Below are positions 28,245 to 37,175 of a stretch of DNA of 64,000 nucleotides, one piece after another. How positions within the stretch are numbered: position 1 is the first letter of the stretch; every line of letters starts with the position of its first letter. Under the pieces are notes generated by a model, which saw only the letters and a program-made list of their open reading frames with translations, searched no databases and was not told the DNA's origin. The stretch lies in contig JAJRPI010000035.1 of assembly GCA_024280895.1 (NCBI GenBank), positions 16,596 through 80,595 on the forward strand, written 5' to 3'. The position numbers and the translations under genes were made by a program. Origin of the DNA: Alphaproteobacteria bacterium. Lineage in GTDB: Bacteria; Pseudomonadota; Alphaproteobacteria; Rhizobiales; JAKIUO01.

Positions 28245-28347
28245 GTGGGACAACAAATCTGTATAGTCATCATTTGACTATTGCTCCATACGCAGAACCG
28301 CACTAATGTCAGTTCAACTTATATCACAAAGGGCCGCAGGGTTGACG

Positions 28348-28914
28348 ATGAAGATTAGAAAGCTAGGCTCGATAGGGCTGTTATTTTTTATCCTGCAAGC
28401 CTTGCCAGTGCAGGCGAAAATTGTTGACGATTGCATCCAGCAAGCAAATCCGGGGCGCGCTATCAAAGCTTGTACGGAACTACTAAAAGACAAGACTCAA
28501 ACCCGCACTCAGTTGGCAGCGCTCTATCAGTTGCGCGGCGTTGCCCATGACAATAACGGCAAATATGACAAAGCCATCGCCGACTATAGCCGCGCCATCC
28601 GCCTCAAGCCCGATGATGAAGTCCATTACAATCGCGGCGAAGCCTATTTCAAGCAGCAGCGATATAAAAAGGCGATCAAAGACTTTTCGCGGGCCATCCG
28701 CTTCAACCGCAAAATGGCCAATGCCTATTATAACCGCGGTACGTCATATTTTCATTTGCGCCGTTTCCGCAGAGCCATCAAGGATTTCAGCCGCACCATC
28801 CGGCTTAATCCCAACTATGCGCCCGCATATCGCAACCGCGCGGTGGCCTATAAAAGCCGAGGCAAAAAACACAAGGCGGCGGCCGACTATCGAAAATATA
28901 TGGCTCTTAAATAG
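28348..28914 (+). CDS. secreted TPR-repeat protein
   Basis: Signal peptide MKIRKLGSIGLLFFILQALPVQA, then four or more TPR units (AIADYSRAIRLKP, AIKDFSRAIRFN, AIKDFSRTIRLNP). Confidence 0.8.
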   Translation: MKIRKLGSIGLLFFILQALPVQAKIVDDCIQQANPGRAIKACTELLKDKTQTRTQLAALYQLRGVAHDNNGKYDKAIADYSRAIRLKPDDEVHYNRGEAYFKQQRYKKAIKDFSRAIRFNRKMANAYYNRGTSYFHLRRFRRAIKDFSRTIRLNPNYAPAYRNRAVAYKSRGKKHKAAADYRKYMALK

Positions 28915-28948
28915 CCCGCAAAACACTACCAACACTCGCAGCTTCGCG

Positions 28949-29365
28949 CTAGCGGGCGCAACTGGCAGTGACGCGCTCAACAAGGCAGTTCGGATCGTTT
29001 TCATTGTAGCAATAGCACGTCACGCCCTGATCAGAATGATAGGTTTTGCCGATATTGCCTTTACCAATGCAAGTGGCCTTGGCAATTTTCGATCCCGACC
29101 CACAAGATTTACTACACAGTTTTTGCTGATTGGGGCCGCAAGTCTCATTCAGTGCCGTACCGCCAAAAGAACTCCCAGCATTGCTGGATAATCCACCAAC
29201 GCCCTGCATGCGTTCAATACGCATTTTTAATTGCTGAATGGTCTGGCGCAGCTGGCTTAATTCTTGTTTGATCCACTGGCTATGAACATGGCTTTCCTGA
29301 TGCGCCAGAACACCAAATGCCGGCGTCAAAAATGCGACGCAAAAAACAAATATCAATTTCTTCAT
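28949..29365 (-). CDS. secreted coiled-coil / Cys-rich domain protein (intact copy)
   Basis: ATG at 29365 with GAGGA SD. Signal peptide MKKLIFVFCVAFLTPAFGVLA, a helical segment, a G/S linker, then a 9-Cys C-terminal domain starting ALNETCGP. Confidence 0.6.
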   Translation of the reverse strand: MKKLIFVFCVAFLTPAFGVLAHQESHVHSQWIKQELSQLRQTIQQLKMRIERMQGVGGLSSNAGSSFGGTALNETCGPNQQKLCSKSCGSGSKIAKATCIGKGNIGKTYHSDQGVTCYCYNENDPNCLVERVTASCAR

Positions 29366-29463
29366 CCAGATTTTTCCTCTTTTCAATGTGGGCTTTGCGC
29401 GAGTATATCAAAACAAATCTTTGACCAGACAATATTTTTCAAAATGATGCCTCGCGGCAAACG

Positions 29464-30039
29464 CTATTTTTCCGGCCTGACAACATATTTGCCTCTACCG
29501 GTTTTCTCCAGCAAGCCCTTCTCGACCAGTGTTGCCAGGCCGCGATAGACAGCCTCGTGGGTCAGCGCGATATCTGCTGCGAACGCTTTGATCGATCCGT
29601 TCAACTGTCCTTCTTCGATCGCCGCGAAAATGCGATCTTCCGCACTGCGAATAGCCAATATCTCAAGTTTGCGCCGATATCCACGAATTTGCCCGGCAAA
29701 CCGCTTGGCAAGCGCCAGAGAAAAATCAGCATCTTCAACAAATTTCTTCAAAATAACAGCCCGGTCCAGCTCAACAAGACGACTTGGCGCAATGGCAATG
29801 GCGTCACAATGATAGTTTTGCGCAAAGAGCGAAGCTTCCGCGAATGTCTGACCGTTGCTGGCGCGATGAATAACGACATTTTGCCCATTTTGGGTATAGC
29901 GCCGCAACTCTATCTGGCCATCCAGAACATAAAAAAGCCCACGCGCTTTTTCGTCTTGGCGAAAAACAGTTTCACCGCTCTCCAAATGGCGATGCCTGTA
30001 GGCACTTGGCGCAACCAGATCAAATGGTGCAGGGATCAT
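29464..30039 (-). CDS. Crp/Fnr-family transcriptional regulator
   Basis: A cNMP-binding-like beta-roll (GLFYVLDGQIELRRY) and a C-terminal HTH (DIALTHEAVYRGLATLVEKGLL). ATG at 30039 with GAGGA SD. Confidence 0.8.
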   Translation of the reverse strand: MIPAPFDLVAPSAYRHRHLESGETVFRQDEKARGLFYVLDGQIELRRYTQNGQNVVIHRASNGQTFAEASLFAQNYHCDAIAIAPSRLVELDRAVILKKFVEDADFSLALAKRFAGQIRGYRRKLEILAIRSAEDRIFAAIEEGQLNGSIKAFAADIALTHEAVYRGLATLVEKGLLEKTGRGKYVVRPEK

Positions 30040-30050
30040 TGGCTTTTCCT

Positions 30051-30072
30051 CAATATGATTACAATCATATTG
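30051..30072. promoter_or_regulatory. perfect 10-2-10 palindrome, candidate operator of the adjacent Crp/Fnr regulator
   Basis: caatatgatt-ac-aatcatattg, centred in the 87-bp divergent intergenic region. Confidence 0.5.
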
Positions 30073-30126
30073 GTTCTGAATATCATTTGCTACAAGAGAG
30101 AACAACAATTATTTGGAGAACAACAA

Positions 30127-30777
30127 ATGTCACCTCTTGCAGCGAGCTCAATTGCAGCCTCAGCCATTTTTCTGCTTCTCAATCATGCCGCTGTGTTCGC
30201 GGCACCAAAAGATCAGCAGCACAATATGCACGGAAAAATGGACCATTCCACGATGGACCACAGCCAGATGAATATGGCAAAACCGGCAAAGACGATGAAG
30301 AATATGAAAGAAACCACTCCCAAAGAACCGGGTCAGGGAGCCTTTGCAACCATTGCTGAAATTGTTGCCTTGCTGACCAAAGATCCAAAAACGGACTGGA
30401 GCAAGGTCGATATTAATGGATTGCGCGAACATCTCATCGATATGGATGAAGTCGTGTTGAGAGCCACGTCCAAAACCACTGTTGCAAGCGATAAAGTCGT
30501 CTTCACGATTACAGGAAGCGGCAGAACACTTAAGGCCATTCAAACCATGGTCCCCGCTCATTCTGGAGTGCTATCGCGCACCACAGCCTGGAAAATAAAA
30601 AGCGAATTGACCGATACCGGCGCCATCATGACGATTACATCCAAAACCCCTGGCGCTCTCAAAATCGTCAAGGCGTTGGGCTTTTATGGTGTCATGGTAA
30701 CAGGTGCCCACCACCAAGCACATCACCTCGCCATGGCGAAGGGAGCCATGCGAGCACATGCCCATGCGCACAATTGA
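30127..30777 (+). CDS. periplasmic protein with His/Met-rich N- and C-terminal tracts (putative metal binding)
   Basis: ATG at 30127 with GGAGA SD. Signal peptide, then HNMHGKMDHSTMDHSQMNM, with a C-terminus GAHHQAHHLAMAKGAMRAHAHAHN. The upstream part of the 406-aa track ORF is antisense to the crp-like gene. Confidence 0.65.
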   Translation: MSPLAASSIAASAIFLLLNHAAVFAAPKDQQHNMHGKMDHSTMDHSQMNMAKPAKTMKNMKETTPKEPGQGAFATIAEIVALLTKDPKTDWSKVDINGLREHLIDMDEVVLRATSKTTVASDKVVFTITGSGRTLKAIQTMVPAHSGVLSRTTAWKIKSELTDTGAIMTITSKTPGALKIVKALGFYGVMVTGAHHQAHHLAMAKGAMRAHAHAHN

Positions 30778-30853
30778 GCCTCACTTATTGATTAAGTAAA
30801 CCTAGCACGGCTGTCTGCCATCTGGCTTACGCAGCTGCTCACCAGATACATAG

Positions 30854-31195
30854 CTATTTCCCAAAATAGCATCGGCATCGACACACGATCCTATACCTTT
30901 TTTCGCCCCATAGGGTATCGCTGGCTGCTACCAATCCACTGCCCGACATCATCGCCTTGGCGATTTTTGTTCCTCGTCCACAAGATTTTCTACACAGTTT
31001 TACTGATTGGGGCCCGCAAGTCTCGTTCAGCGCCATACCGTCCATTGAGGGCCAGCCAACGTCGGATATAATACCGCCGCCCAACATGTACTCAATGCGG
31101 GATTTCAATTTCTGAATGGCCTGGCGTAGCTGACTTAATTCCTGCTTGACCCATTGGCTATGAATATGATTTCCCTGATGGGCCAGTGCCGTATA
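30854..31195 (-). pseudogene. 5-prime-truncated, C-terminally diverged paralogue of the 28949-29365 Cys-rich protein gene
   Basis: The frame reads YTALAHQGNHIHSQWVKQELSQLRQAIQKLKSRIEYM...ALNETCGPQSVKLCRKSCGRGTKIAKA. An in-frame TAA at 31196-31198 replaces the signal peptide, there is no ATG at the equivalent position, and the Cys pattern at the C-terminus is lost. Confidence 0.55.
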
Positions 31196-31345
31196 TTAAG
31201 GTACAAGGAAAGCAACACATAATAAAAAATTATTTTTTTTATTTTAATTTCTCCCAAAATACCAACAAGGTAAAGACGTATAGTAGCGGAGAAACGAAAG
31301 ACTATACGGAAACTCATCCGATCTAAACAAGCGGCGCCGGCTACC

Positions 31346-31711
31346 TTAAATACTGGCGACAATTTCTGCCCATACCAAGAAGGTGCCAATCAGGATCCAG
31401 GCGAAAATCCCCCAATATAGCCAGAGCGACAGATGAGGCCTGCGCCAAAGCCAGATGAACAGCGCCATGAAAATAACCACGCAAACAGCTACAATCGCAG
31501 AGGCTGCCAAATGGCCAAATAACGAAAAATTTATGATCGGCCAGCCCAAAATCATCAGATAATGCGTTGGCTCAACAAACCACATCAGCTTGCTCACCAT
31601 CATCGGCGGGCGCGGCAGGGACCATGCAAAATAAGCTGTAGAAACAATCAGCAAAAACACCGTAAAAAGCAGTACATTTTTAACTCTCACAACCGCCACA
31701 TTCCACTCCAA
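31346..31711 (-). CDS. hypothetical integral membrane protein
   Basis: Three to four hydrophobic helices. Only a TTG start at 31711 (or ATG further in). No family recognised. Confidence 0.4.
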   Translation of the reverse strand: MEWNVAVVRVKNVLLFTVFLLIVSTAYFAWSLPRPPMMVSKLMWFVEPTHYLMILGWPIINFSLFGHLAASAIVAVCVVIFMALFIWLWRRPHLSLWLYWGIFAWILIGTFLVWAEIVASI

Positions 31712-31716
31712 ACAAT

Positions 31717-31756
31717 GGGTTCCAAGGGCTCGCCTTTGGCGCTGACCGCGCAGGAC
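31717..31756 (+). repeat. REP-like element copy b
   Basis: GGGTTCCAAGGGCTCGCCTTTGGCGCTGACCGCGCAGGAC, immediately downstream of thrS. Confidence 0.8.
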
Positions 31757-31771
31757 ATTCTCTTTTTTCTT

Positions 31772-33691
31772 TTACACCTGATCGGGTGCCTGCGTATCAA
31801 TGACCATTTGTGCAATTGCTTCTTCCACCGACATGACTTTCGAGTGTTTTTGACCAAGCCGTCTGATCGAAACCGTGCCCTCTTCGGCTTCGCGCATGCC
31901 AACAACGAACATCACCGGCACCTTGGCATGAGAGTGCTCGCGCACCTTGTAATTGATCTTCTCATTGCGCAGATCAATTTCGCAGCGAAGGCCAGCCGCC
32001 AGACATTTCTCTTGCAGCGCAACGCCATAATCATCGGCGTCCGAAACGATGGGCGCAACGACGATCTGCGTGGGGGCCAGCCAGAGCGGGAAACGCCCTG
32101 CATGCTGCTCGATCAAAATACCGGTGAAGCGTTCCAGCGACCCGAACATGGCACGATGCACCATGACAGGTTCGTGCTTTTCACCATCAGCGCCAATATA
32201 AAAAGCGCCAAGCCGTCCGGGCAGATTAAAGTCGAGCTGCGTTGTGCCACATTGCCAGTCGCGGCCAATGGCATCGCGCAGCACATATTCAAGTTTTGGC
32301 CCGTAAAAAGCCCCCTCGCCCGAATTCAGCTCCCATTCAACGCCAGCTGCATCCAGCACAGCTTTCAATGCCGCCTCCGACTTGTCCCAGATCTCATCAG
32401 AGCCAACGCGCACTTCTGGACGATCTGAAAACTTGATCTTGACGTCTTCAAAGCCAAACTCCTTGTAGATCGTCATCATCAAAGTATTGATCTTGATACA
32501 TTCTTCGGTGATTTGTTCCGGCGTGCAAAATACGTGAGCATCATCTTGGGTGAACGAGCGCACCCGCATCAAACCATGCAGCGCCCCTGATGGCTCATAG
32601 CGATGCACCTTGCCGAACTCGGCGATTTTCAAAGGCAAATCGCGATAGCTCTTCAATCCATGTTTGAAAATCTGCACATGGCCGGGGCAGTTCATGGGTT
32701 TGCAGCAAAAGGTTTTGTCGTCGGGCGTTTGCGTGGTGAACATGTTGTCACCAAATTTCTCCCAGTGACCCGAAGCCTCCCACAGGCTTTTTTCCATCAT
32801 GTCGGGGGAGTTCACCTCGATATAGCCAGCATCCATCTGACGTCGGCGCATATAGGAAATCAGCTGCAAAAACAGTGTCCAGCCCTTGGCGTGCCAAAAC
32901 ACAGATCCCGGCGCTTCTTCTTGAAAATGAAACAGATCCATCTCGCGCCCAATACGGCGATGATCGCGCTTTTCGGCTTCTTCCAGCATGAAAAGATGAG
33001 CCTTCAAACTCTTCTCATCGGCAAAAGCCACCCCATAAATGCGCTGCAACATGGGATTATTGTGATCGCCGCGCCAGTACGCGCCGGCCAGCTTGGTGAG
33101 CTTGAAGGCGGTGCCAACTTTACCGGTTGAGGGCAGATGCGGGCCAAGGCACAGATCCAGCCACTCCCCTTGCCGGTAGACGCTGATCTCCTCATCACCG
33201 GGCAGATCCTCGATCAGCTCGGCCTTGTAGGCTTCGCCATGATCCTTGAAATATTTAATCGCAACATCGCGGTCCCATACCTCGCGCACAAACTTATCAT
33301 TGCGCTTGACGATCTCGCGCATCTTCTTTTCAATTTTGGGAAAGTCTTCAGTGGAAAATGGCTGCTTGGGATCAAAATCATAATAAAAACCATGCTCGAT
33401 CACCGGCCCAATGGTCACTTGCGTGCCGGGAAACAGCTCCTGCACGGCCTGCGCCATAATATGCGCCGTATCATGACGGATGAGCTCAACCGCCTCCTCG
33501 TCGTCGCGCAGTACGATCTCAACGGCCGCATCATCATCGAGCGCTTTGGATAAATCGCATAGCTTGCCATCGACCTTCAAGGCCACGGCTTTTTTCGACA
33601 AGGATTTGGAAATACTAAGGGCAATCGCCAAGCCATCGACACCGGCTTCATATTCGCGCGCATTGCCATCAGGGAAGGTGATATTGATCAT
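31772..33691 (-). CDS. thrS: threonine--tRNA ligase
   Basis: TGS domain start [17 protein letters not shown], class II motifs ([35 protein letters not shown]) and an anticodon-binding C-terminus. Confidence 0.97.
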   Translation of the reverse strand: MINITFPDGNAREYEAGVDGLAIALSISKSLSKKAVALKVDGKLCDLSKALDDDAAVEIVLRDDEEAVELIRHDTAHIMAQAVQELFPGTQVTIGPVIEHGFYYDFDPKQPFSTEDFPKIEKKMREIVKRNDKFVREVWDRDVAIKYFKDHGEAYKAELIEDLPGDEEISVYRQGEWLDLCLGPHLPSTGKVGTAFKLTKLAGAYWRGDHNNPMLQRIYGVAFADEKSLKAHLFMLEEAEKRDHRRIGREMDLFHFQEEAPGSVFWHAKGWTLFLQLISYMRRRQMDAGYIEVNSPDMMEKSLWEASGHWEKFGDNMFTTQTPDDKTFCCKPMNCPGHVQIFKHGLKSYRDLPLKIAEFGKVHRYEPSGALHGLMRVRSFTQDDAHVFCTPEQITEECIKINTLMMTIYKEFGFEDVKIKFSDRPEVRVGSDEIWDKSEAALKAVLDAAGVEWELNSGEGAFYGPKLEYVLRDAIGRDWQCGTTQLDFNLPGRLGAFYIGADGEKHEPVMVHRAMFGSLERFTGILIEQHAGRFPLWLAPTQIVVAPIVSDADDYGVALQEKCLAAGLRCEIDLRNEKINYKVREHSHAKVPVMFVVGMREAEEGTVSIRRLGQKHSKVMSVEEAIAQMVIDTQAPDQV

Positions 33692-33879
33692 ATGTTTTTC
33701 GGCACGGCAAAGCACAATAGCAATAATGTCCTCAACCGAAACCGCCTCTCACTCTCTGCAAACCAGGCAGGTAAGCTATTGTTTCGATAAATTTGATACG
33801 CAAAGATATTTGCCGATTAAGGGCGAGTGTCAAGAGATAAGTGGCGGGGGCTGTGAGTATAATGCGCTCGCCGCGCGGC

Positions 33880-33919
33880 GTCCTATGCGGACAGCACCAA
33901 AGGCGAGCCCTTGGAACCC
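33880..33919 (-). repeat. REP-like element copy c
   Basis: The reverse complement reads GGGTTCCAAGGGCTCGCCTTTGGTGCTGTCCGCATAGGAC, between the thrS start and the M23 peptidase stop. Confidence 0.8.
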
Positions 33920-33940
33920 GCATGGAGGGGATCAGGACAC

Positions 33941-34471
33941 CTATCTTTTGCGCAGAGATTCCAAAAGCATCTTGCCGGGGTCGAGATAATATTGTTTTTT
34001 CCAACCCTGCGTACTGTCATCACCAAGCCAAGGATATGGAAACAGGGAGACAATGGCGTAATGCACATGTGGTGGCCGGTTTTTGGCGTTACCGGTGTTG
34101 CCGACACTGCCCACTTGTTGGCCGCGGCGCACGAATTGCCCGACTTTGACGGTCACCGTCTTTAAATGAGCGTAATAATGCGTCCGCCATTTCGGCCCCA
34201 GAATGCCAATCGCATTGCCTCCGCGCGCTGTTTTCTCCACAAAAATCACAAGGCCCGATGTCGCTGCCAGCAAGGGCGTGCCTTTGCGCGCAAAAATATC
34301 AATGCCTTTGTGAACACCCGATTTTCCCCATGGCTCATACCAGAATGTTTTGTGGTTCCAGTCCCTGGCGCTTCCACCTTGCACAGGCATCATCAAATCC
34401 TGCGGCAGCAAAAAACCAGCCCCGACCACAAGCGCCAACCCCGCAACGATACCCACCAACCATTTTATCAT
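33941..34471 (-). CDS. M23-family metallopeptidase
   Basis: HKGIDIFA...GTPLLAATSG...YYAHL...VGNTGNA...PHVHYAI motifs. N-terminal TM. ATG at 34471 with GGAGTG SD. Confidence 0.85.
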   Translation of the reverse strand: MIKWLVGIVAGLALVVGAGFLLPQDLMMPVQGGSARDWNHKTFWYEPWGKSGVHKGIDIFARKGTPLLAATSGLVIFVEKTARGGNAIGILGPKWRTHYYAHLKTVTVKVGQFVRRGQQVGSVGNTGNAKNRPPHVHYAIVSLFPYPWLGDDSTQGWKKQYYLDPGKMLLESLRKR

Positions 34472-34490
34472 CTCTACACTCCGAAAATCA

Positions 34491-34517
34491 GGTTCCAAGG
34501 GTCAGCCCCTTGAACCC
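34491..34517. repeat. REP-like element copy d (core palindrome only)
   Basis: ggttccaagggtcagccccttgaaccc. Both half-sites are present. Confidence 0.7.
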
Positions 34518-34538
34518 GATATGAAGAGCCAAATGAAT

Positions 34539-34616
34539 GTAGGGTGTCAATAGCGAAGCGTATTGCACCATTGCGGGTTCAAATCGGTGCAATACGCTTC
34601 GCTATTGACACCCTAC
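34539..34616. repeat. perfect palindrome with 31-bp arms and a 16-nt loop
   Basis: gtagggtgtcaatagcgaagcgtattgcacc (34539-34569) is the exact reverse complement of 34586-34616. Confidence 0.95.
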
Positions 34617-34687
34617 CGCTGCCGAATTGGCTCTGCAAACCCCATCTGGTACCTATTCGCCCTCGCCTCCCTCCCACTCCAAAAACC

Positions 34688-34727
34688 GGGTTCCAAGGGC
34701 CAGCCCTTGGCGCTGTGCGCGCAGCAC
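34688..34727 (+). repeat. REP-like element copy e
   Basis: GGGTTCCAAGGGCCAGCCCTTGGCGCTGTGCGCGCAGCAC. Confidence 0.8.
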
Positions 34728-34759
34728 GCCTGACCGGCGAGGTCATTACTTCGCTGCAC

Positions 34760-34796
34760 ACAAAAAGGGCGGGGAAGCATTATGCTCCCCCGCCCC
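34760..34796 (-). terminator. rho-independent terminator of hppA
   Basis: Minus strand reads GGGGCGGGGG-agcataatgctt-CCCCGCCC followed by TTTTTGTGTG. Confidence 0.65.
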
Positions 34797-34818
34797 GTGA
34801 AATTCGATATATCACGTC

Positions 34819-36948
34819 CTACTGGTGAGCGAGAACCGCCAATAGCAGCAACGCAACGATGTTGGTGATTTTGATCATTGGGTTGATGGCGGGGCCAGCG
34901 GTATCCTTGTAGGGATCGCCGACTGTATCGCCAGTGACTGCAGCTGCATGCGCGGGGGAACCTTTGCCACCGAAATTACCGTCTTCGATATATTTCTTGG
35001 CATTGTCCCAGGCACCACCGCCGGATGTCATGGAGATGGCCACGAACAGGCCGGTAATGATCACACCCAGCAGCATTGCACCAACGGATGCAAAAGCCTG
35101 CGCCTTGGAGCCGGAAATTCCCAGCATACCAAAGTAAAGCGCGATAGGAGCCAGAACTGGCAGGATCGATGGAACGATCATTTCCTTGATGGCTGCGACC
35201 GTGAGCATGTCAACGGCAGCGGCATAATCAGGTTTTTCCGTACCTTTGAGGATCCCAGGTTTTTCCTTGAACTGGCGGCGCACTTCTTCGACGATCGCAC
35301 CAGCGGCACGGCCAACGGCCATCATGCCCATAGCGGCGAACTGGAATGGCAGCAAGCCACCAAAGAACAGTCCGGCAACCACATAGGGGTTTTTCAAGGA
35401 GAAGTCGATTTCGCCAATACCCGCGAAGTACGGATAGAGGGTTGGGTTAGCGGCAAAATAATCGATATCTTGCGTAAAGGCTGCGAACAGAACCAAAGCA
35501 CCAAGACCAGCTGATCCAATGGCATAGCCTTTGGTGACAGCTTTTGTGGTGTTACCCACGGCGTCCAGCGCGTCAGTTGTCTTGCGCACGCCTTCGGGCA
35601 GATTAGCCATCTCGGCAATACCGCCTGCATTATCGGTGACAGGACCAAAAGCATCAAGCGCCACAACAAAGCCAGCCAGTGCCAGCATGGTTGTGGTGGT
35701 GATGGCGGTGCCAAACAGACCAGCAACCATATAGGTCGAGATGATACCAGCGATAATGATGATCGCAGGGATGGTGGTGGCTTCCATGGAAACCGCCAGC
35801 CCCTGAATGACATTGGTGCCGTGACCAGTTTTGGAAGCTTCAGCAATGGAGCGTACCGGGCGATAATTTGTGCCGGTATAATATTCGGTGATGACAATGA
35901 TCAGTGTTGTTACCAACAGACCGATCACTCCACAGATAAACAGGCTCATGCCGGTGAAGGACAGCCCTTGCGCCACCAGAACCGTATCCATGCCAATCAA
36001 TTTGTCAGTGACAAAATAAACGGCTGGAATAGACAAAAGGCCAGCCGCGATAAAGCCTTTATACAAGGCTCCCATGATCGACTGGTTGGCTCCAAGGCGC
36101 ACAAAGAATGTGCCGATGATCGATGTCACCACACAAGCGGCACCAATGGCCATTGGATAGAGCATCAACATTTCTATATTACCAGCTTTGGCAAAAAAGA
36201 TCGAGGCCAGCACCATGGTCGCGACGATGGTCACCACATAGGTTTCGAACAAATCGGCGGCCATACCGGCGCAATCACCAACATTATCACCGACATTATC
36301 GGCGATGGTTGCGGGATTACGGGGATCATCTTCGGGGATACCAGCCTCGATTTTACCAACCAAGTCACCGCCAACATCGGCGGCCTTGGTGAAAATACCG
36401 CCACCTAAACGCGCAAAGATAGAAATCAGTGAGGCACCAAAACCCAGAGATACGAGCGCATCAATGACCGTGCGTGAGGTTGGTGCATGCCCAAGAACCG
36501 TGGTCAATATGTAGTAATAAACGGCAACGCCCAGCAGAGCGAGACCAGCGACCAGCATGCCGGTTACGGCACCCGAGCGAAAAGCGATCTCAAGGCCCGC
36601 ACCGAGCGAGCGGCTGGCGGCCTGACAGGTACGCACATTGGCGCGCACGGATACAAGCATGCCAACAAAACCGGCACCACCGGACAAGATAGCCCCAATG
36701 AGGAAGCCGATGCCCTGCAACATACCAAGCAAGTACACCAGAATGACAAAGATCACCGCGCCAACAATGGCAATAGTTGTGTATTGCCGCGTCAAATAAG
36801 CGGTCGCGCCTTCCTGAATAGCGCTGGCAATTTCCTGCATGCGCTCGTTACCAGGATCAGCAGCGAGGACAGAGCGACTAGCCCAGACCCCATAAAGGAC
36901 GGATAAAACGCCCCCCGCCATAATTAGATACATCACATTGTCAGTCAT
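34819..36948 (-). CDS. hppA: membrane-bound proton-translocating pyrophosphatase
   Basis: 709 aa with [39 protein letters not shown] and [14 protein letters not shown] signatures. GAGGGG SD. Confidence 0.97.
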   Translation of the reverse strand: MTDNVMYLIMAGGVLSVLYGVWASRSVLAADPGNERMQEIASAIQEGATAYLTRQYTTIAIVGAVIFVILVYLLGMLQGIGFLIGAILSGGAGFVGMLVSVRANVRTCQAASRSLGAGLEIAFRSGAVTGMLVAGLALLGVAVYYYILTTVLGHAPTSRTVIDALVSLGFGASLISIFARLGGGIFTKAADVGGDLVGKIEAGIPEDDPRNPATIADNVGDNVGDCAGMAADLFETYVVTIVATMVLASIFFAKAGNIEMLMLYPMAIGAACVVTSIIGTFFVRLGANQSIMGALYKGFIAAGLLSIPAVYFVTDKLIGMDTVLVAQGLSFTGMSLFICGVIGLLVTTLIIVITEYYTGTNYRPVRSIAEASKTGHGTNVIQGLAVSMEATTIPAIIIIAGIISTYMVAGLFGTAITTTTMLALAGFVVALDAFGPVTDNAGGIAEMANLPEGVRKTTDALDAVGNTTKAVTKGYAIGSAGLGALVLFAAFTQDIDYFAANPTLYPYFAGIGEIDFSLKNPYVVAGLFFGGLLPFQFAAMGMMAVGRAAGAIVEEVRRQFKEKPGILKGTEKPDYAAAVDMLTVAAIKEMIVPSILPVLAPIALYFGMLGISGSKAQAFASVGAMLLGVIITGLFVAISMTSGGGAWDNAKKYIEDGNFGGKGSPAHAAAVTGDTVGDPYKDTAGPAINPMIKITNIVALLLLAVLAHQ

Positions 36949-37175
36949 TCAATGCCCCTCGTTTTTTTCTTAAATAGGATTTTCATAAAGATACGACCGC
37001 CGTTGCCCTCCGCGCGGGACCGTGTACGAAACTTTTACGACACATCACAAAAACTCGCCGTGATATATATCAAGCCTGCGCTTTATAACAGGCTTGGCGA
37101 TAAATTCAAATATGATAATATTCATCAGCGCCCCATCGACGCGAACAGTGAGCGGGATTTGATGAAAACCTGTCC

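Noticed and set aside
29557-30126. N-terminal 190 aa of the 406-aa track ORF 29557..30777
   Set aside because: This part is antisense to the well-supported Crp/Fnr gene. The real gene starts at ATG 30127, which has a GGAGA SD and a signal peptide.
34934-36906. Many 60-195-aa ORFs on the plus strand inside hppA (and similar ORFs inside thrS, the rib genes, glyA, metZ and dnaE2)
   Set aside because: They are antisense or out-of-frame shadows of strongly supported genes, with R/H/G/P-rich nonsense composition.
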